A DNA stretch of 62,077 nt from Patescibacteria group bacterium (GCA_038065475.1 JBBTQY010000010.1:72415-134491), one strand, 5' to 3'. Counted from the first letter of the stretch, positions 1 to 10,829 are shown. The notes: generated from the letters alone by a model not told the origin. Numbers and translations are program-made.

Positions 1-1
1 C

Positions 2-736
2 AAGCCCATCGCTATTTTTCTTGATGGAGTGCCAATAAGCGCGCCCACCGTGCAGGCAAAGATCACAGGAGGGAAGGCACAGATAACGGGTAACTTCACC
101 CAAGAAGAAGTTCGTCAACTTGTCCGCAACCTCAATTCGGGTGCATTGCCAGTACCGATTACCCTTATTTCGCAAGAACAGATCGAGCCATCGCGAGGCG
201 CGGAAGCCCTCGAGCGCAGTTTCTTCGCGGGTCTTGTCGGCTTTGCTATCATCGTAGCATTTATGCTCTTTTGGTACCGTCTTCCAGGCTTGCTTGCCGT
301 TTTTGCACTGGCAATCTATGTTTCGCTTTCTCTAGCTGTCTTTAAATTGATTCCGGTTACTTTGACGACCGCGGGTATCGCCGGGTTTATCTTGTCTATC
401 GGTATGGCGGTTGATGCAAACGTGCTTATTTTCGAACGACTCAAAGAAGAATTACGCCGAGGTCGCACACTTACCACGGCGATCGAAGAAGGCTTTAATC
501 GCGCATGGACTTCAGTTCGTGATTCAAATACTTCGAGTTTAATCACCTCGCTTATCCTCTGGTATTTTGGTACGGATGCGGTTAAGGGGTTTGCGCTCAC
601 GCTCGGTCTCGGTATTATCGTCTCGATGTTTACCGCCATCGTTGTATCGCGTACATTTTTGCGCGCTACGCATGGCCGCAGACACGAGGCAGGTCGCGTA
701 CCATTTTTGTACGGTAGCGGATTTCGACTTCACTAA
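2..736 (+). CDS. secD: Protein translocase subunit SecD, C-terminal part (5' end lies outside the window)
   Basis: The frame is open from position 2 (KPIAIFLDGVPISAPTV...). It has a SecD-type periplasmic segment followed by the RND-like TM bundle (GMAVDANVLIFERLKEE, SNTSSLITSLILWYFG). Confidence 0.9.
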   Translation, partial: KPIAIFLDGVPISAPTVQAKITGGKAQITGNFTQEEVRQLVRNLNSGALPVPITLISQEQIEPSRGAEALERSFFAGLVGFAIIVAFMLFWYRLPGLLAVFALAIYVSLSLAVFKLIPVTLTTAGIAGFILSIGMAVDANVLIFERLKEELRRGRTLTTAIEEGFNRAWTSVRDSNTSSLITSLILWYFGTDAVKGFALTLGLGIIVSMFTAIVVSRTFLRATHGRRHEAGRVPFLYGSGFRLH

Positions 737-742
737 ACTTAT

Positions 743-1624
743 ATGAAAATCATTTCGTATCGATCAATATTCTATACCATCTCGCTTGTGGTAGTGGGAG
801 CGTCGCTCGCGGGTCTTCTTGTAAACGGTTTAAATTTTGGACCTGATTTTACTGGTGAGGCAACGCTCGAGGGTGCCTTCAGTACGAGTCGTCCAAATCT
901 CGATGAGCTCCGCCAAGGCTTGCAGAGTGCAAATATCGAAGTAGTCGCCCTACAGGGTCGTGGGCAAAATGATATTTTCTTGCGCACTCGTTTTCTTGAT
1001 GAACAAAGTCATCAAGAGGTTTTGCGTGTATTTAACTCAAAGGGTGAATTTACCGAACAGAGTTTTGTCTCACACGGTCCATCAGTAGGTAGGCAGTTGC
1101 GTCGCAATGCTATCACAGCCATTCTTTTGACGTTGCTCGCTATTGTTTGTTTTATTGCATACGCATTTCGTCATGTCTCGCGCCCAGTATCAAGCTGGAT
1201 ATACGGTATTATCGCCATTGTCGCGCTCATACACGATGTGGCAATCCCCACAGGTTTGTTCGCATGGCTGGGTTATCAGATTGATTCACTTTTTATCTCA
1301 GCGCTTTTGACGGTACTCGGTTTCTCAGTGCACGATACGATCGTAGTGTTTGATCGTGTTCGTGAGAATCTCCGCCGGTCTTCGGGCGGTTCGTTTGCCG
1401 ATATAGCTGAGCGTAGTTTGCGCGAGACCTTTGTACGCTCCGTCAATACATCATTGACGACCATGTTGGCCCTTGCCGCTGTCTACTTTTTTGGAGGAGA
1501 GACAACCAAAAACTTCTCTCTGGCCCTATTGATTGGTATCGGTGTTGGTACCTATTCATCGATCTTTATAGCAACTCCACTCTTGGTTACCGCGGAGAGA
1601 TGGCTTCACAAAAGATCCTCTTGA
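743..1624 (+). CDS. secF: Protein translocase subunit SecF
   Basis: 293 aa, immediately after secD. SecF motifs are present (GPDFTGE, HDTIVVFDRVRENL, C-terminal TM bundle). Confidence 0.9.
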   Translation: MKIISYRSIFYTISLVVVGASLAGLLVNGLNFGPDFTGEATLEGAFSTSRPNLDELRQGLQSANIEVVALQGRGQNDIFLRTRFLDEQSHQEVLRVFNSKGEFTEQSFVSHGPSVGRQLRRNAITAILLTLLAIVCFIAYAFRHVSRPVSSWIYGIIAIVALIHDVAIPTGLFAWLGYQIDSLFISALLTVLGFSVHDTIVVFDRVRENLRRSSGGSFADIAERSLRETFVRSVNTSLTTMLALAAVYFFGGETTKNFSLALLIGIGVGTYSSIFIATPLLVTAERWLHKRSS

Positions 1625-1648
1625 CATATCCAGAAAGATACCTATACT
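1621..1648 (+). promoter_or_regulatory. Sigma70-like promoter (TTGACA - 16 nt - TATACT) upstream of rpoBC
   Basis: TTGACA at 1621-1626 overlaps the secF stop codon. TATACT lies at 1643-1648. Confidence 0.5.
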
Positions 1649-1653
1649 AAGGT

Positions 1654-1756
1654 TTATCAAGGCAAAACGGCTAGAGTTATCCACAAGGGATGAGTTCATG
1701 ACATGATGTGGGTACCAAGTCCGTAAATTATCAATTAAAAATCGTGGTTATCCACT
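1654..1756 (+). promoter_or_regulatory. Cluster of DnaA-box-like motifs in the rpoB leader
   Basis: TTATCCACA (perfect) at 1677-1685 and TTATCCACT at 1748-1756. Weaker boxes are TTATCAAGG at 1654-1662 and TTATCAATT at 1728-1736. All four are in the same orientation. Confidence 0.4.
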
Positions 1757-1847
1757 TATAACGCGCGACACACAGGCGAAAAGCCCCAAAAAATGAGGGA
1801 AAGGGGTTTTTGTTGTCTTGTGCGCATTTTTATTAGCAAAAGCTTAT

Positions 1848-4800
1848 ATGCATATGCAAAAAAAGTATTTTTCGCGCTATAAAGAGCCCTTGGCCTCCCT
1901 TCCATACTTAGCTGAGGCTCAGGTAAAGTCGTACAAATGGTTTTTAGATAAAGGTCTCCGAGAGCTTCTCGACGAGTTCTCACCACTCGAAGATACAACC
2001 GGCAAGCAGCTCAAAATCGAGTTTCTCGATTATACGCTTGAAGATTCTCCAACTTCTGTAGAACACGCCAAGCGCAACAACCTCACCTATGAGGCACCGT
2101 TTCGAGTTAAGGTGCGCCTGACCAACGGCAAGACAGGTGAAATCAAAACGCAAGAAATTTTCTTTGCGGATTTTCCGCTCATGACATCACACGGTACCTT
2201 TATTATTAACGGTATCGAGCGTGTTATTGTTTCTCAGCTTGCCCGATCATTCGGTGTTTATTTCACTGCGCAATATTTTCGCGCAAAAAAGCGCTTTGGC
2301 GCAAAAATTATCCCCGGCCGCGGTGTTTGGCTCGAGTTTGAGACTGATTCCGATGGTGTGATGTGGGTAAAAATCGATAGAAAGCGTAAGATCGCCGCAA
2401 CTGCTCTCTTGCGTATTTTCGGTTTTGATACCGATGATGAAATTCGCGCCGCTTTCTCAAACGCCGGTACAGGTGAGGTGAATTTCATCGAAGAAACCCT
2501 CAAAAAAGATACAACCAAAACCGCTGATGAAGCTTATATCGAAATCTACAAGCGTATTCGCCCAGGAGAAATGGCTGCCATCGACAATGCCAAGCAGCTC
2601 ATTTCGTCAATGTTTGCGCCCGCTCGCTACGACTTGCATCTTGTAGGTCGCTACAAGATGAATTTGCGTTTCAAACAAATGGGTGGTGGCAACGAGGAAT
2701 CACGAGTACTGACTAAAAAGGACTTGACACTCATCTTAAATGAAGTCATGCGCAAAAATAACGCGCCTGAAGAGATGGAAGATGATATCGACCACTTGGG
2801 TCACCGCCGTGTGCGCGGTATCGGTGAGATGTTGCAAAGCCGCCTTCGCATTGGTATGGCACGCATGGAGCGCAATATTCACGATCGTATCTCGACGCTT
2901 GATACCGACATGGTGACACCCGCACAAATCATCAATGCACGCCCATTTATGTCAGTTCTCAAGGAGTTTTTCACTACCAACCAGCTCTCGCAGTTCATGG
3001 ATCAGATCAATGTGCTCTCGCAGCTTGAGCACAAGCGCCGCTTGTCGGCACTTGGGCCCGGAGGTTTGACGCGCGAGCGCGCCGGTTTCGAGGTGCGTGA
3101 CGTACATCCCTCACACTATGGCCGTATCTGCCCGATTCAGACGCCTGAGGGTCCAAATATCGGTCTTGTTAGTTACTTGGCAACCTATGCGCGTATCAAT
3201 GATTTTGGTTTGATCGAAACTCCATACCGTAAGGTAACCAAGGGTAAAATCTCAGCCGAGGTTGAATATATGACGGCTTTTGAAGAGTCGCAGTATGTTA
3301 TCGCGCCCGCCGACATGAATTATGCAAAAGACGGTACGATCACTGACGAAGAAGTAGAAGCGCGCGTCAAGGGTCAGCCCAAGCGCGTAAGTAAGATGGA
3401 TATCAACTATGTTGATGTCATTCCAAATCAGGCGTTTAGTATTGCAACCAGCTTGATTCCATTTTTGGCTCATGACGATGCCAACCGCGCACTCATGGGT
3501 TCAAACATGCAGAGACAGGCCGTACCATGTATCAAGGCGCAACAGCCCTTGGTAGCAACGGGTATGGAGGCGCGTGCTGCCTCCGACTCAGGTCTTTTGG
3601 TTCTCGCTGAGGAAGACGGTAAGGTCATCTACGTTGATGCATCGCGTATCACTGTTCGCACGGGTCATCATGACAAAGAATACGAGCTCGTAACGTTTGC
3701 TCGCTCAAACCAAGATACTTCACTCCACCATATGCCGATTGTAAAGGTAGGGGACCGCGTCACCAAAGGGCAGGTTCTCGCTGACAACTCATCGACCAAA
3801 GGAGGTGAGCTCGCATTGGGACAAAATCTTATCGTTGCATTTCTTTCATGGGGTGGCGCGACCTTTGAAGATGCCATCATCATCTCTGAACGCTTGGTAA
3901 AAGATGATCGTTTTACCTCGATCCACATCGAAGAGTTTACGATTGATGTCCGCGATACCAAGCTCGGCGAAGAAGTAACCACGCACGATATTCCAAACGT
4001 TGGTGAAGAGAAACTTAAAGATCTTGATGAAGATGGTGTCATCCGTGTTGGCGCAGAGGTGCGCACGGGCGACATTCTTGTCGGTAAGATTTCACCAAAA
4101 GGCGAGTCTGATTTGACGCCAGAAGAGCGCTTGCTGCGTGCTATTTTTGGCGAGAAAGCAAAAGAGGTAAAAGACTCGTCGCTTCGTCTTCCACACGGTA
4201 AGCGTGGCCGTATTGTGGGTATCAAAACTTTCTCACGTGAGAAGGGTGATCGCCTCGAAACAGGTGTCATCAAGCGCATTCATATCGAAGTAGCACAACT
4301 CCGTAAAATATCAGTAGGTGACAAGCTCGCAGGTCGTCACGGTAACAAAGGTGTTATCTCAAAGGTATTGCCAGAGGAAGACATGCCGTATCTTGTCGAT
4401 GGCCGTCCGGTAGATATCATCCTCAACCCGCTTGGTGTGGCATCTCGTATGAACCTCGGTCAGATTTTGGAGACACACTTGGGTCTTGCTGCACGCAAGC
4501 TTGGGTATCAGGCAATTTGCCCTCCATTTATTTGTCCTACCGAAGATGAAATCAAAGACGAATTGGAAGCCGCAGGTATTCCGCGCTCAGGTAAAGTACC
4601 TCTTTTCGATGGCCGCACGGGCGAAAAATTTGAATCCGATGTGATGGTAGGCAACGTATATGTCTTGAAACTCAACCACATGGTAGAAGACAAGATCCAC
4701 ATGCGTTCAATCGGGCCCTACTCGCTTATCACCCAGCAGCCACTTGGTGGAAAGGCACAGGGCGGTGGTCAGCGTTTTGGCGAGATGGAGGTATGGGCGC

Positions 4801-5084
4801 TCGAAGGTTATGGCGCCTCGCATACTCTGCAAGAAATGATCACGATCAAATCAGACGACGTGATGGGCCGCGCCGCTATGTACGATGCAATCGTCAGGGG
4901 CGAGAAGCTCAAGAATCCTCGGGTTCCCGCATCATTCTATGTATTGGTAAATGAAATGAAAGGCCTCGCACTCAACGTCATCATCAACGAACGAGATATC
5001 CCACCCGAAGAAGATGCTGTCGCAGAAGAATCAGAAGAGCGCCCAGCGCGCAAAGGTCGGGAACGTACGGAGCGATTCGCCTAA
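1848..5084 (+). CDS. rpoB: DNA-directed RNA polymerase subunit beta
   Basis: The ORF spans 1818-5084. The likely start is the ATG at 1848 or 1854 (MQKKYFSRYKEPL...). Canonical RpoB blocks are present (GTFIINGIERVIVSQL, NMQRQAVP, LAGRHGNKGV, MEVWALEGYGA). Confidence 0.96.
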   Translation: MHMQKKYFSRYKEPLASLPYLAEAQVKSYKWFLDKGLRELLDEFSPLEDTTGKQLKIEFLDYTLEDSPTSVEHAKRNNLTYEAPFRVKVRLTNGKTGEIKTQEIFFADFPLMTSHGTFIINGIERVIVSQLARSFGVYFTAQYFRAKKRFGAKIIPGRGVWLEFETDSDGVMWVKIDRKRKIAATALLRIFGFDTDDEIRAAFSNAGTGEVNFIEETLKKDTTKTADEAYIEIYKRIRPGEMAAIDNAKQLISSMFAPARYDLHLVGRYKMNLRFKQMGGGNEESRVLTKKDLTLILNEVMRKNNAPEEMEDDIDHLGHRRVRGIGEMLQSRLRIGMARMERNIHDRISTLDTDMVTPAQIINARPFMSVLKEFFTTNQLSQFMDQINVLSQLEHKRRLSALGPGGLTRERAGFEVRDVHPSHYGRICPIQTPEGPNIGLVSYLATYARINDFGLIETPYRKVTKGKISAEVEYMTAFEESQYVIAPADMNYAKDGTITDEEVEARVKGQPKRVSKMDINYVDVIPNQAFSIATSLIPFLAHDDANRALMGSNMQRQAVPCIKAQQPLVATGMEARAASDSGLLVLAEEDGKVIYVDASRITVRTGHHDKEYELVTFARSNQDTSLHHMPIVKVGDRVTKGQVLADNSSTKGGELALGQNLIVAFLSWGGATFEDAIIISERLVKDDRFTSIHIEEFTIDVRDTKLGEEVTTHDIPNVGEEKLKDLDEDGVIRVGAEVRTGDILVGKISPKGESDLTPEERLLRAIFGEKAKEVKDSSLRLPHGKRGRIVGIKTFSREKGDRLETGVIKRIHIEVAQLRKISVGDKLAGRHGNKGVISKVLPEEDMPYLVDGRPVDIILNPLGVASRMNLGQILETHLGLAARKLGYQAICPPFICPTEDEIKDELEAAGIPRSGKVPLFDGRTGEKFESDVMVGNVYVLKLNHMVEDKIHMRSIGPYSLITQQPLGGKAQGGGQRFGEMEVWALEGYGASHTLQEMITIKSDDVMGRAAMYDAIVRGEKLKNPRVPASFYVLVNEMKGLALNVIINERDIPPEEDAVAEESEERPARKGRERTERFA

Positions 5085-5096
5085 TCTCAACTATTT

Positions 5097-8000
5097 ATGT
5101 CTCTCAATACAATGGACAAAAACGAACGAAAGAGCAGCGACTTTGAGTCAATCGTACTCAAGCTAGCTTCTCCTCAAGATGTACTCTCATGGTCACATGG
5201 TGAAGTCACCAAACCTGAGACTATCAACTATCGCACCCAACGACCCGAGCGCGACGGTCTTTTCTGTGAGAAAATCTTTGGTCCTACCAAAGACTATGAG
5301 TGTTACTGTGGTAAATATCGCCGTATACGCTACAAGGGTATTATCTGCGATAAATGTGGTGTTGAAGTAACCAAAGCTCAAGTTCGCCGCGAGCGCATGG
5401 GTCACATCGAACTTGCCGCTCCCGTAGCCCACATTTGGTTTGTGCGCTCGGTGCCATCACGCATCGGTTTGCTTCTTGATCTCTCAGTGGTAGATCTTGA
5501 ACGCATCATTTATTTTGCCGGATACATCGTCACCAATGTCAACGAATCAGCGCGCGAAGAAGTGCTCCGCGATATTGATCGTGAATTTAAACTCAAATCA
5601 AAAAACGCTCCCAGCAAAGAAACTCTCAAAACTGCTACTGACCGGGCAAAAGCAGAACTCAAAAACCTCGGGTTGCATATGGTGCTCTCCGAGATCGACT
5701 ATCATCGCCTGTCACTTAAATACGCAAGTGTTTTTTCTGCAGGTACCGGCGCCGAAACTCTTCGCCAAATCTGTGAAAAGATTGATTTCGGTGAATGGGT
5801 AGCGGAACTTGAGACTGAGATCGAATCTGCCAGCCCGCTCGCTAAAAAGAAATTGTTGGCGCGCTTGCGCATGATCAAATCAATGGAGCGTGCACGTATC
5901 CGTCCCGAATGGATGTTTTTGACGACACTCCCCGTTATTCCACCTGATTTGCGTCCTATGGTGCCACTCGATGGCGGCAGGCACGCAAGCTCTGATGCAA
6001 ATGATCTTTATCGTCGCGTTATCAACCGCAACAATCGTCTCAAGCGCTTGTTTGAACTTAAAGCTCCTGAAGTTATTACGCGCAACGAAAAGCGCATGCT
6101 GCAGGAAGCCGTAGACGCCTTGATCGACAACTCGATCAAGCGCGGCGTGATGCCGGTCGCGTCTCAAGCTCAGCGCCGCCCACTTCGTTCACTCGCAGAC
6201 ATGCTCAAGGGTAAGCAAGGACGTTTCCGCCAAAACCTTTTGGGCAAGCGTGTCGACTACTCGGCTCGCTCGGTTATTGTTGTGGGCCCACAGCTCAAAC
6301 TTCATCAGTGTGGTCTCCCGAAACACATGGCACTCGAACTCTTCAAGCCATTTGTTATTAACAAAGTTATTGAGCGCGAGCTTGCGCACAATATTCGTGG
6401 TGCTTCTCGCTTGATCGATGAGGCAACACCAGAAATCTGGGCGATTTTAGAAGAAGTTATAAAAGGCAAGTATGTGCTTCTCAACCGCGCACCAACCTTG
6501 CACCGTCTCGGTATTCAGGCATTCCAGCCATTGCTCCTCGAGGGCAATGCTATCCAGCTTCATCCGCTTGTGTGTTCGGCGTTCAATGCTGACTTCGACG
6601 GTGACCAGATGGCAGTCCACGTACCACTCACCGAAGACGCGCAACGCGAGGCTCGCGAGATTATTTCTGCCTCACGCAACTTGCTCAAGCCGGGTTCTGG
6701 TGACGCTATCGCCGTTCCTTCGCAGGACATGGTGCTTGGATGTTATTGGCTGACTAGTATCAAAGACGGCGCGAAAGGCGAGGGCAAATCATTTGCTTCA
6801 AAAAACGAGGCCATTCTTGCGTATGATATGGATGATATCGATCTTCGTGCCAAGGTGCGCGTGTTCTCTCATATCGAGGCAGGTACTCCGGAGTATCTTG
6901 AGACTTCGGTTGGACGCATGCTCTTCAATATCGCAATCCCGAACGATTACGGATTTATCAATGAAAAGCTTGGCAAGAAACAGCTCGGTAAGTTGATTGG
7001 TAAATTGCTTCGCAAGTATGGTCAGGCAGCTCTTCCTCCGATTCTCGATAAAATTAAAGACATCGGTTTTTCATCGATTACCAAATCCGGTATGAGCTGG
7101 GGTATGGATGATCTTCGCGTTCCTCCAGAAAAGGATGCGATCGTTGCTTTGGCAAACAAAGAAGTAGAGGTCATCGCTGAACAGTATGACAATGGTTTGC
7201 TCACTGAAGAAGAGCGTTACAAAAAAGTTATTGAGGTATGGTCACGCGTAAAGCACGAAGTCTCGCAGCTCATTCCCAAGGCTATTGAACCCAACGGTTC
7301 CGTATTTTCCATGGTTGATGCGGGTGCACGTGGTTCGTGGGACTCCGTCAGTCAGATGGCCGGTATGAAAGGCCTCTTGCGTAACCCATCAGGACGTATC
7401 ATCGAGCTTCCCGTGCTTTCAAACTATAAAGAAGGTTTCTCAGCCCTCGAATATTTCATCTCGACTCACGGTGCTCGTAAAGGTACGGCAGACACCGCAC
7501 TCAAGACCGCAGTTGCGGGTTATTTGACCCGCCGTCTTGTCGATGTGTCACAAGATATCATTATCGCTGAGTCTGATTGTGGTACCGAAGAAGGCGTCTC
7601 AGTTATCAAAGAAAATCTTAAGGAAATTGGTGCATCTTTTGCTCAACGTATTTTCGGTCGCACATTGACTGTTGATATCAAGCATCCTGAAACCAAAAAA
7701 GTACTATTTAAAAAAGGTCATCTCATTACCGTTGAAGAGGCAGAAATGCTCGACGGTCTTGATGTCCCGCAAGCTACCTTTCGTTCGCCGATTACCTGCG
7801 AGACTCTTCGTGGTATGTGCCAGACCTGTTACGGGTATGATCTTGGTTCAAATACTCCTGTGCGCATGGGTGAGGCGGTGGGTATTGTGGCCGCTCAAGC
7901 TATCGGTGAGCCAGGTACTCAGCTGACTATGCGTACCTTCCACCTCGGCGGTGTAGCCGGCGCATCTGGTGACATTACGCTCGGTCTTCCGCGCGTAGAA

Positions 8001-8693
8001 GAAGTTTTTGAGTCACGCATGCCGAAGCACAAAGCAGTACTCTCAACCATTGAAGGCACGGTGATGGATATTGTCGAAGAAAACCGTGAGAAAATTATCA
8101 CGGTTGCAGGTCATGACAAAAAAGGAAAAGAATCAGTCGAAACGTACACCGTACCGTTTGGCCGCATTCTCACTGTAAAAAAAGGATACGAGGTCAAACC
8201 TGGCGATAATCTTTGCGATGGTCCGGCTGATATGCAGGAACTCTATGAGATCGCAGGCAAAGAGCGCGTACAGCACTATATTCTCAACGAAGTAAGCCGT
8301 GTATACGCATTGCAGGGCGCAACAATCAACACCAAGCACATCGAAGTTGTGGTGCGTCAGATGTTTAGCCGCGTAAAAGTAAAAGATTCAGGTTCTACCA
8401 ATCTTGCGATTGGCGAGATCATCGAGCGCACACTTCTCGAAGAAGAAAACGCAAAAGCTCGCCGTGACGGTGGTGAGGAAGCTGAGGGCACGACATTGCT
8501 CATGGGTATCACGCGCGTGGCACTCACCACGACCAGCTTCTTGTCAGCCGCATCATTTATGGAGACAAGTCGCGTACTCATTCGCGCAGCTCTCGAAGGC
8601 CGCGAGGACAAACTCTTGGGTCTCAAAGAAAACGTTATCATCGGCCGTTTGATCCCAGCCGGTACCGGCTTCAAACAAAAAGAAGAGTTATAG
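5097..8693 (+). CDS. rpoC: DNA-directed RNA polymerase subunit beta'
   Basis: 1198 aa. It has the Zn-finger CxCGKY...CDKCGVEV, the catalytic NADFDGDQMAVH motif and trigger-loop blocks. Confidence 0.97.
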   Translation: MSLNTMDKNERKSSDFESIVLKLASPQDVLSWSHGEVTKPETINYRTQRPERDGLFCEKIFGPTKDYECYCGKYRRIRYKGIICDKCGVEVTKAQVRRERMGHIELAAPVAHIWFVRSVPSRIGLLLDLSVVDLERIIYFAGYIVTNVNESAREEVLRDIDREFKLKSKNAPSKETLKTATDRAKAELKNLGLHMVLSEIDYHRLSLKYASVFSAGTGAETLRQICEKIDFGEWVAELETEIESASPLAKKKLLARLRMIKSMERARIRPEWMFLTTLPVIPPDLRPMVPLDGGRHASSDANDLYRRVINRNNRLKRLFELKAPEVITRNEKRMLQEAVDALIDNSIKRGVMPVASQAQRRPLRSLADMLKGKQGRFRQNLLGKRVDYSARSVIVVGPQLKLHQCGLPKHMALELFKPFVINKVIERELAHNIRGASRLIDEATPEIWAILEEVIKGKYVLLNRAPTLHRLGIQAFQPLLLEGNAIQLHPLVCSAFNADFDGDQMAVHVPLTEDAQREAREIISASRNLLKPGSGDAIAVPSQDMVLGCYWLTSIKDGAKGEGKSFASKNEAILAYDMDDIDLRAKVRVFSHIEAGTPEYLETSVGRMLFNIAIPNDYGFINEKLGKKQLGKLIGKLLRKYGQAALPPILDKIKDIGFSSITKSGMSWGMDDLRVPPEKDAIVALANKEVEVIAEQYDNGLLTEEERYKKVIEVWSRVKHEVSQLIPKAIEPNGSVFSMVDAGARGSWDSVSQMAGMKGLLRNPSGRIIELPVLSNYKEGFSALEYFISTHGARKGTADTALKTAVAGYLTRRLVDVSQDIIIAESDCGTEEGVSVIKENLKEIGASFAQRIFGRTLTVDIKHPETKKVLFKKGHLITVEEAEMLDGLDVPQATFRSPITCETLRGMCQTCYGYDLGSNTPVRMGEAVGIVAAQAIGEPGTQLTMRTFHLGGVAGASGDITLGLPRVEEVFESRMPKHKAVLSTIEGTVMDIVEENREKIITVAGHDKKGKESVETYTVPFGRILTVKKGYEVKPGDNLCDGPADMQELYEIAGKERVQHYILNEVSRVYALQGATINTKHIEVVVRQMFSRVKVKDSGSTNLAIGEIIERTLLEEENAKARRDGGEEAEGTTLLMGITRVALTTTSFLSAASFMETSRVLIRAALEGREDKLLGLKENVIIGRLIPAGTGFKQKEEL

Positions 8694-8738
8694 TGAGTTT
8701 TTCGTTGCCATGCGGCAAAAAACCTCTATACTGGGGGG

Positions 8739-10829
8739 GTGGCAAAGAAAAAAACCCGAAAAGAAAACTCACGCAAAGAACGCGAGCGCGAACCACTTCT
8801 AGCTCAGGAAACTCGAGATAGCATTGTTGCGATCGTTGCCTTGGTAGCTGCCGTCCTCTCGGTGATGGCATGGATTGGTGTCGCGGGGCGTGTAGGCGAA
8901 TGGGCCTACGCGCTCTTTTCGCTCTTGCTCGGTAGGGGATATTTCCTGCTTCCTATAGCACTCTCGCTAGTATCAGCCGCTCTTCTTTTCTCAATCAAGC
9001 AAAAATTTGTAAGCCTACCGCTCGTAGGTGCTACCCTTTTTCTTGTCTCCAGTCTCGCTCTCGCTGATATTGGGTTTGGTGAGCGTACGGGCGGCTTAGT
9101 GGGTGAGTATGCGGCAAAGCCAATGCTCTATTTCTTTGATTCGTTCGCGAGCGGGGTTATCTTTGTCTCGCTTATCATTATTTCCATGCTCATTACGTTC
9201 AACGCTTCATTGCGTCGTATGCCAAAAATATTGCAAGGGGATGAAGAGGAAGATGAAGTTGCGCCAGTGAAGATGGCAGCTCCCGTGCTCGCAGCACCTG
9301 TATTTGCTGACGATGAGCCGGTTATGGCGGCACCCGAACCAGCTCGCGAGGTCAAAAAAGATGATCGCAAAAACGTCTCGCCAGAAATTATGAAAGAGCT
9401 CAAACGCAAAGCCGCTGACTATGTATTGCCACCTCTCAATCTTTTAGATAATGATCGCGGCAAGCCATCACCCGGCGACATCAAGGCAAATAGCAATATC
9501 ATCCAGCGTACGCTGCAAGACTTTGGTATCCCTGTCGAGATGGGCGAGGTAAGCGTTGGGCCATCGGTCACTCAATATACGCTCAAGCCCGCGCAGGGTG
9601 TGAAGCTCGCGCGCATTGTGGGACTCCAAAACGATCTCGCGCTTGCACTCGCTGCACACCCAATTCGTATCGAGGCGCCGATTCCAGGTAAGTCATTTGT
9701 CGGTATTGAGATTCCAAACCGCACCATCGCGCTTGTAGGTTTACGTAGTCTTCTTGATCGTGAAGAGTATCAGCGTGGTGGACCGCTTACTTTCTCACTT
9801 GGTAAAAACGTGGCGGGCGAGGCAACGTATGCGGATTTGGCAAAGATGCCACACATGCTTATCGCTGGCTCTACCGGTTCGGGTAAATCGGTATCAATTC
9901 ACTCGGTACTTATGAGCTTGCTCTACAAAAATACGCCACTCTCATTGCGTCTCATTATGATTGACCCCAAACGCGTGGAGCTTGCGCATTATCAAGATTT
10001 GCCGCATTTGCTTACACCCGTTATTACCGAATCAAAAGAAGCGATCTCCGCGCTTCGCTGGGCAGTGCGTGAGATGGAGGAGCGCTATAAGATTTTACAG
10101 ATGGCCAAGGCGCGCGATATTGTTTCCTACAATTCATCAGGTTCGCATGAGTTTATGCCTTACATTGTCATTGTGATCGATGAGCTTGCAGACTTGATGG
10201 CATCGTTCGGTAGAGAAGTGGAGGCATCGATCGTGCGTATCGCGCAGATGGCACGCGCGGTCGGTATTCATTTGGTTATTGCAACCCAGCGTCCGTCGGT
10301 TGAAGTTATCACAGGTCTTATCAAAGCAAACATCACGAGCCGTATGGCGTTTCAGGTAGCCTCACAGATCGATTCACGTACGATTATCGATATGGCGGGG
10401 GCAGAAAAACTTTTGGGCAATGGCGACATGCTCTTTTTGTCGGGAGACGCAGGTAAGCCAAAGCGCGTACAGGGGGCATTTGTTTCTGACAATGAAGTTA
10501 AAAAAGTGACGGCCTTTATTCATACGCAAGAAAATGAGCCTGCATACAACGAAGAAATTCTTAATGCAAAAGCACAGGCAAATGGTCGTGGTGGTGACGG
10601 TGATGATGGGGAAGATGATCCTCTTTATGAAGAAGCATACGCAGTCGTGATGGATACCGGTAAGGCGTCAACAACTCTTTTGCAGCGGCATCTACGTGTT
10701 GGGTATGCACGTGCTGCGCGTATCATTGATTTGCTTGAAAAGCGTGGCGTCGTAGGCCCTGGCGATGGCGCGAAACCTCGTGAGATTTTGGCGGGTCGCA
10801 GCACTCAGGACGAACGTTATGTCTCTTAA
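8739..10829 (+). CDS. ftsK: DNA translocase FtsK/SpoIIIE
   Basis: GTG start. N-terminal TM helices, Walker A GSTGSGKS, Walker B IVIVIDELADL, and a C-terminal gamma winged-helix (LLQRHLRVGYARAARIIDLLE). Confidence 0.92.
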   Translation: MAKKKTRKENSRKEREREPLLAQETRDSIVAIVALVAAVLSVMAWIGVAGRVGEWAYALFSLLLGRGYFLLPIALSLVSAALLFSIKQKFVSLPLVGATLFLVSSLALADIGFGERTGGLVGEYAAKPMLYFFDSFASGVIFVSLIIISMLITFNASLRRMPKILQGDEEEDEVAPVKMAAPVLAAPVFADDEPVMAAPEPAREVKKDDRKNVSPEIMKELKRKAADYVLPPLNLLDNDRGKPSPGDIKANSNIIQRTLQDFGIPVEMGEVSVGPSVTQYTLKPAQGVKLARIVGLQNDLALALAAHPIRIEAPIPGKSFVGIEIPNRTIALVGLRSLLDREEYQRGGPLTFSLGKNVAGEATYADLAKMPHMLIAGSTGSGKSVSIHSVLMSLLYKNTPLSLRLIMIDPKRVELAHYQDLPHLLTPVITESKEAISALRWAVREMEERYKILQMAKARDIVSYNSSGSHEFMPYIVIVIDELADLMASFGREVEASIVRIAQMARAVGIHLVIATQRPSVEVITGLIKANITSRMAFQVASQIDSRTIIDMAGAEKLLGNGDMLFLSGDAGKPKRVQGAFVSDNEVKKVTAFIHTQENEPAYNEEILNAKAQANGRGGDGDDGEDDPLYEEAYAVVMDTGKASTTLLQRHLRVGYARAARIIDLLEKRGVVGPGDGAKPREILAGRSTQDERYVS

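Noticed and set aside
3668-4279. A 203-aa minus-strand ORF, plus many other 60-110-aa ORFs lying antisense within rpoB, rpoC, ftsK and recA.
   Set aside because: They lie entirely inside strongly supported conserved genes on the other strand. Their composition is Ser/Arg/Pro-rich and not protein-like, and they have no RBS.
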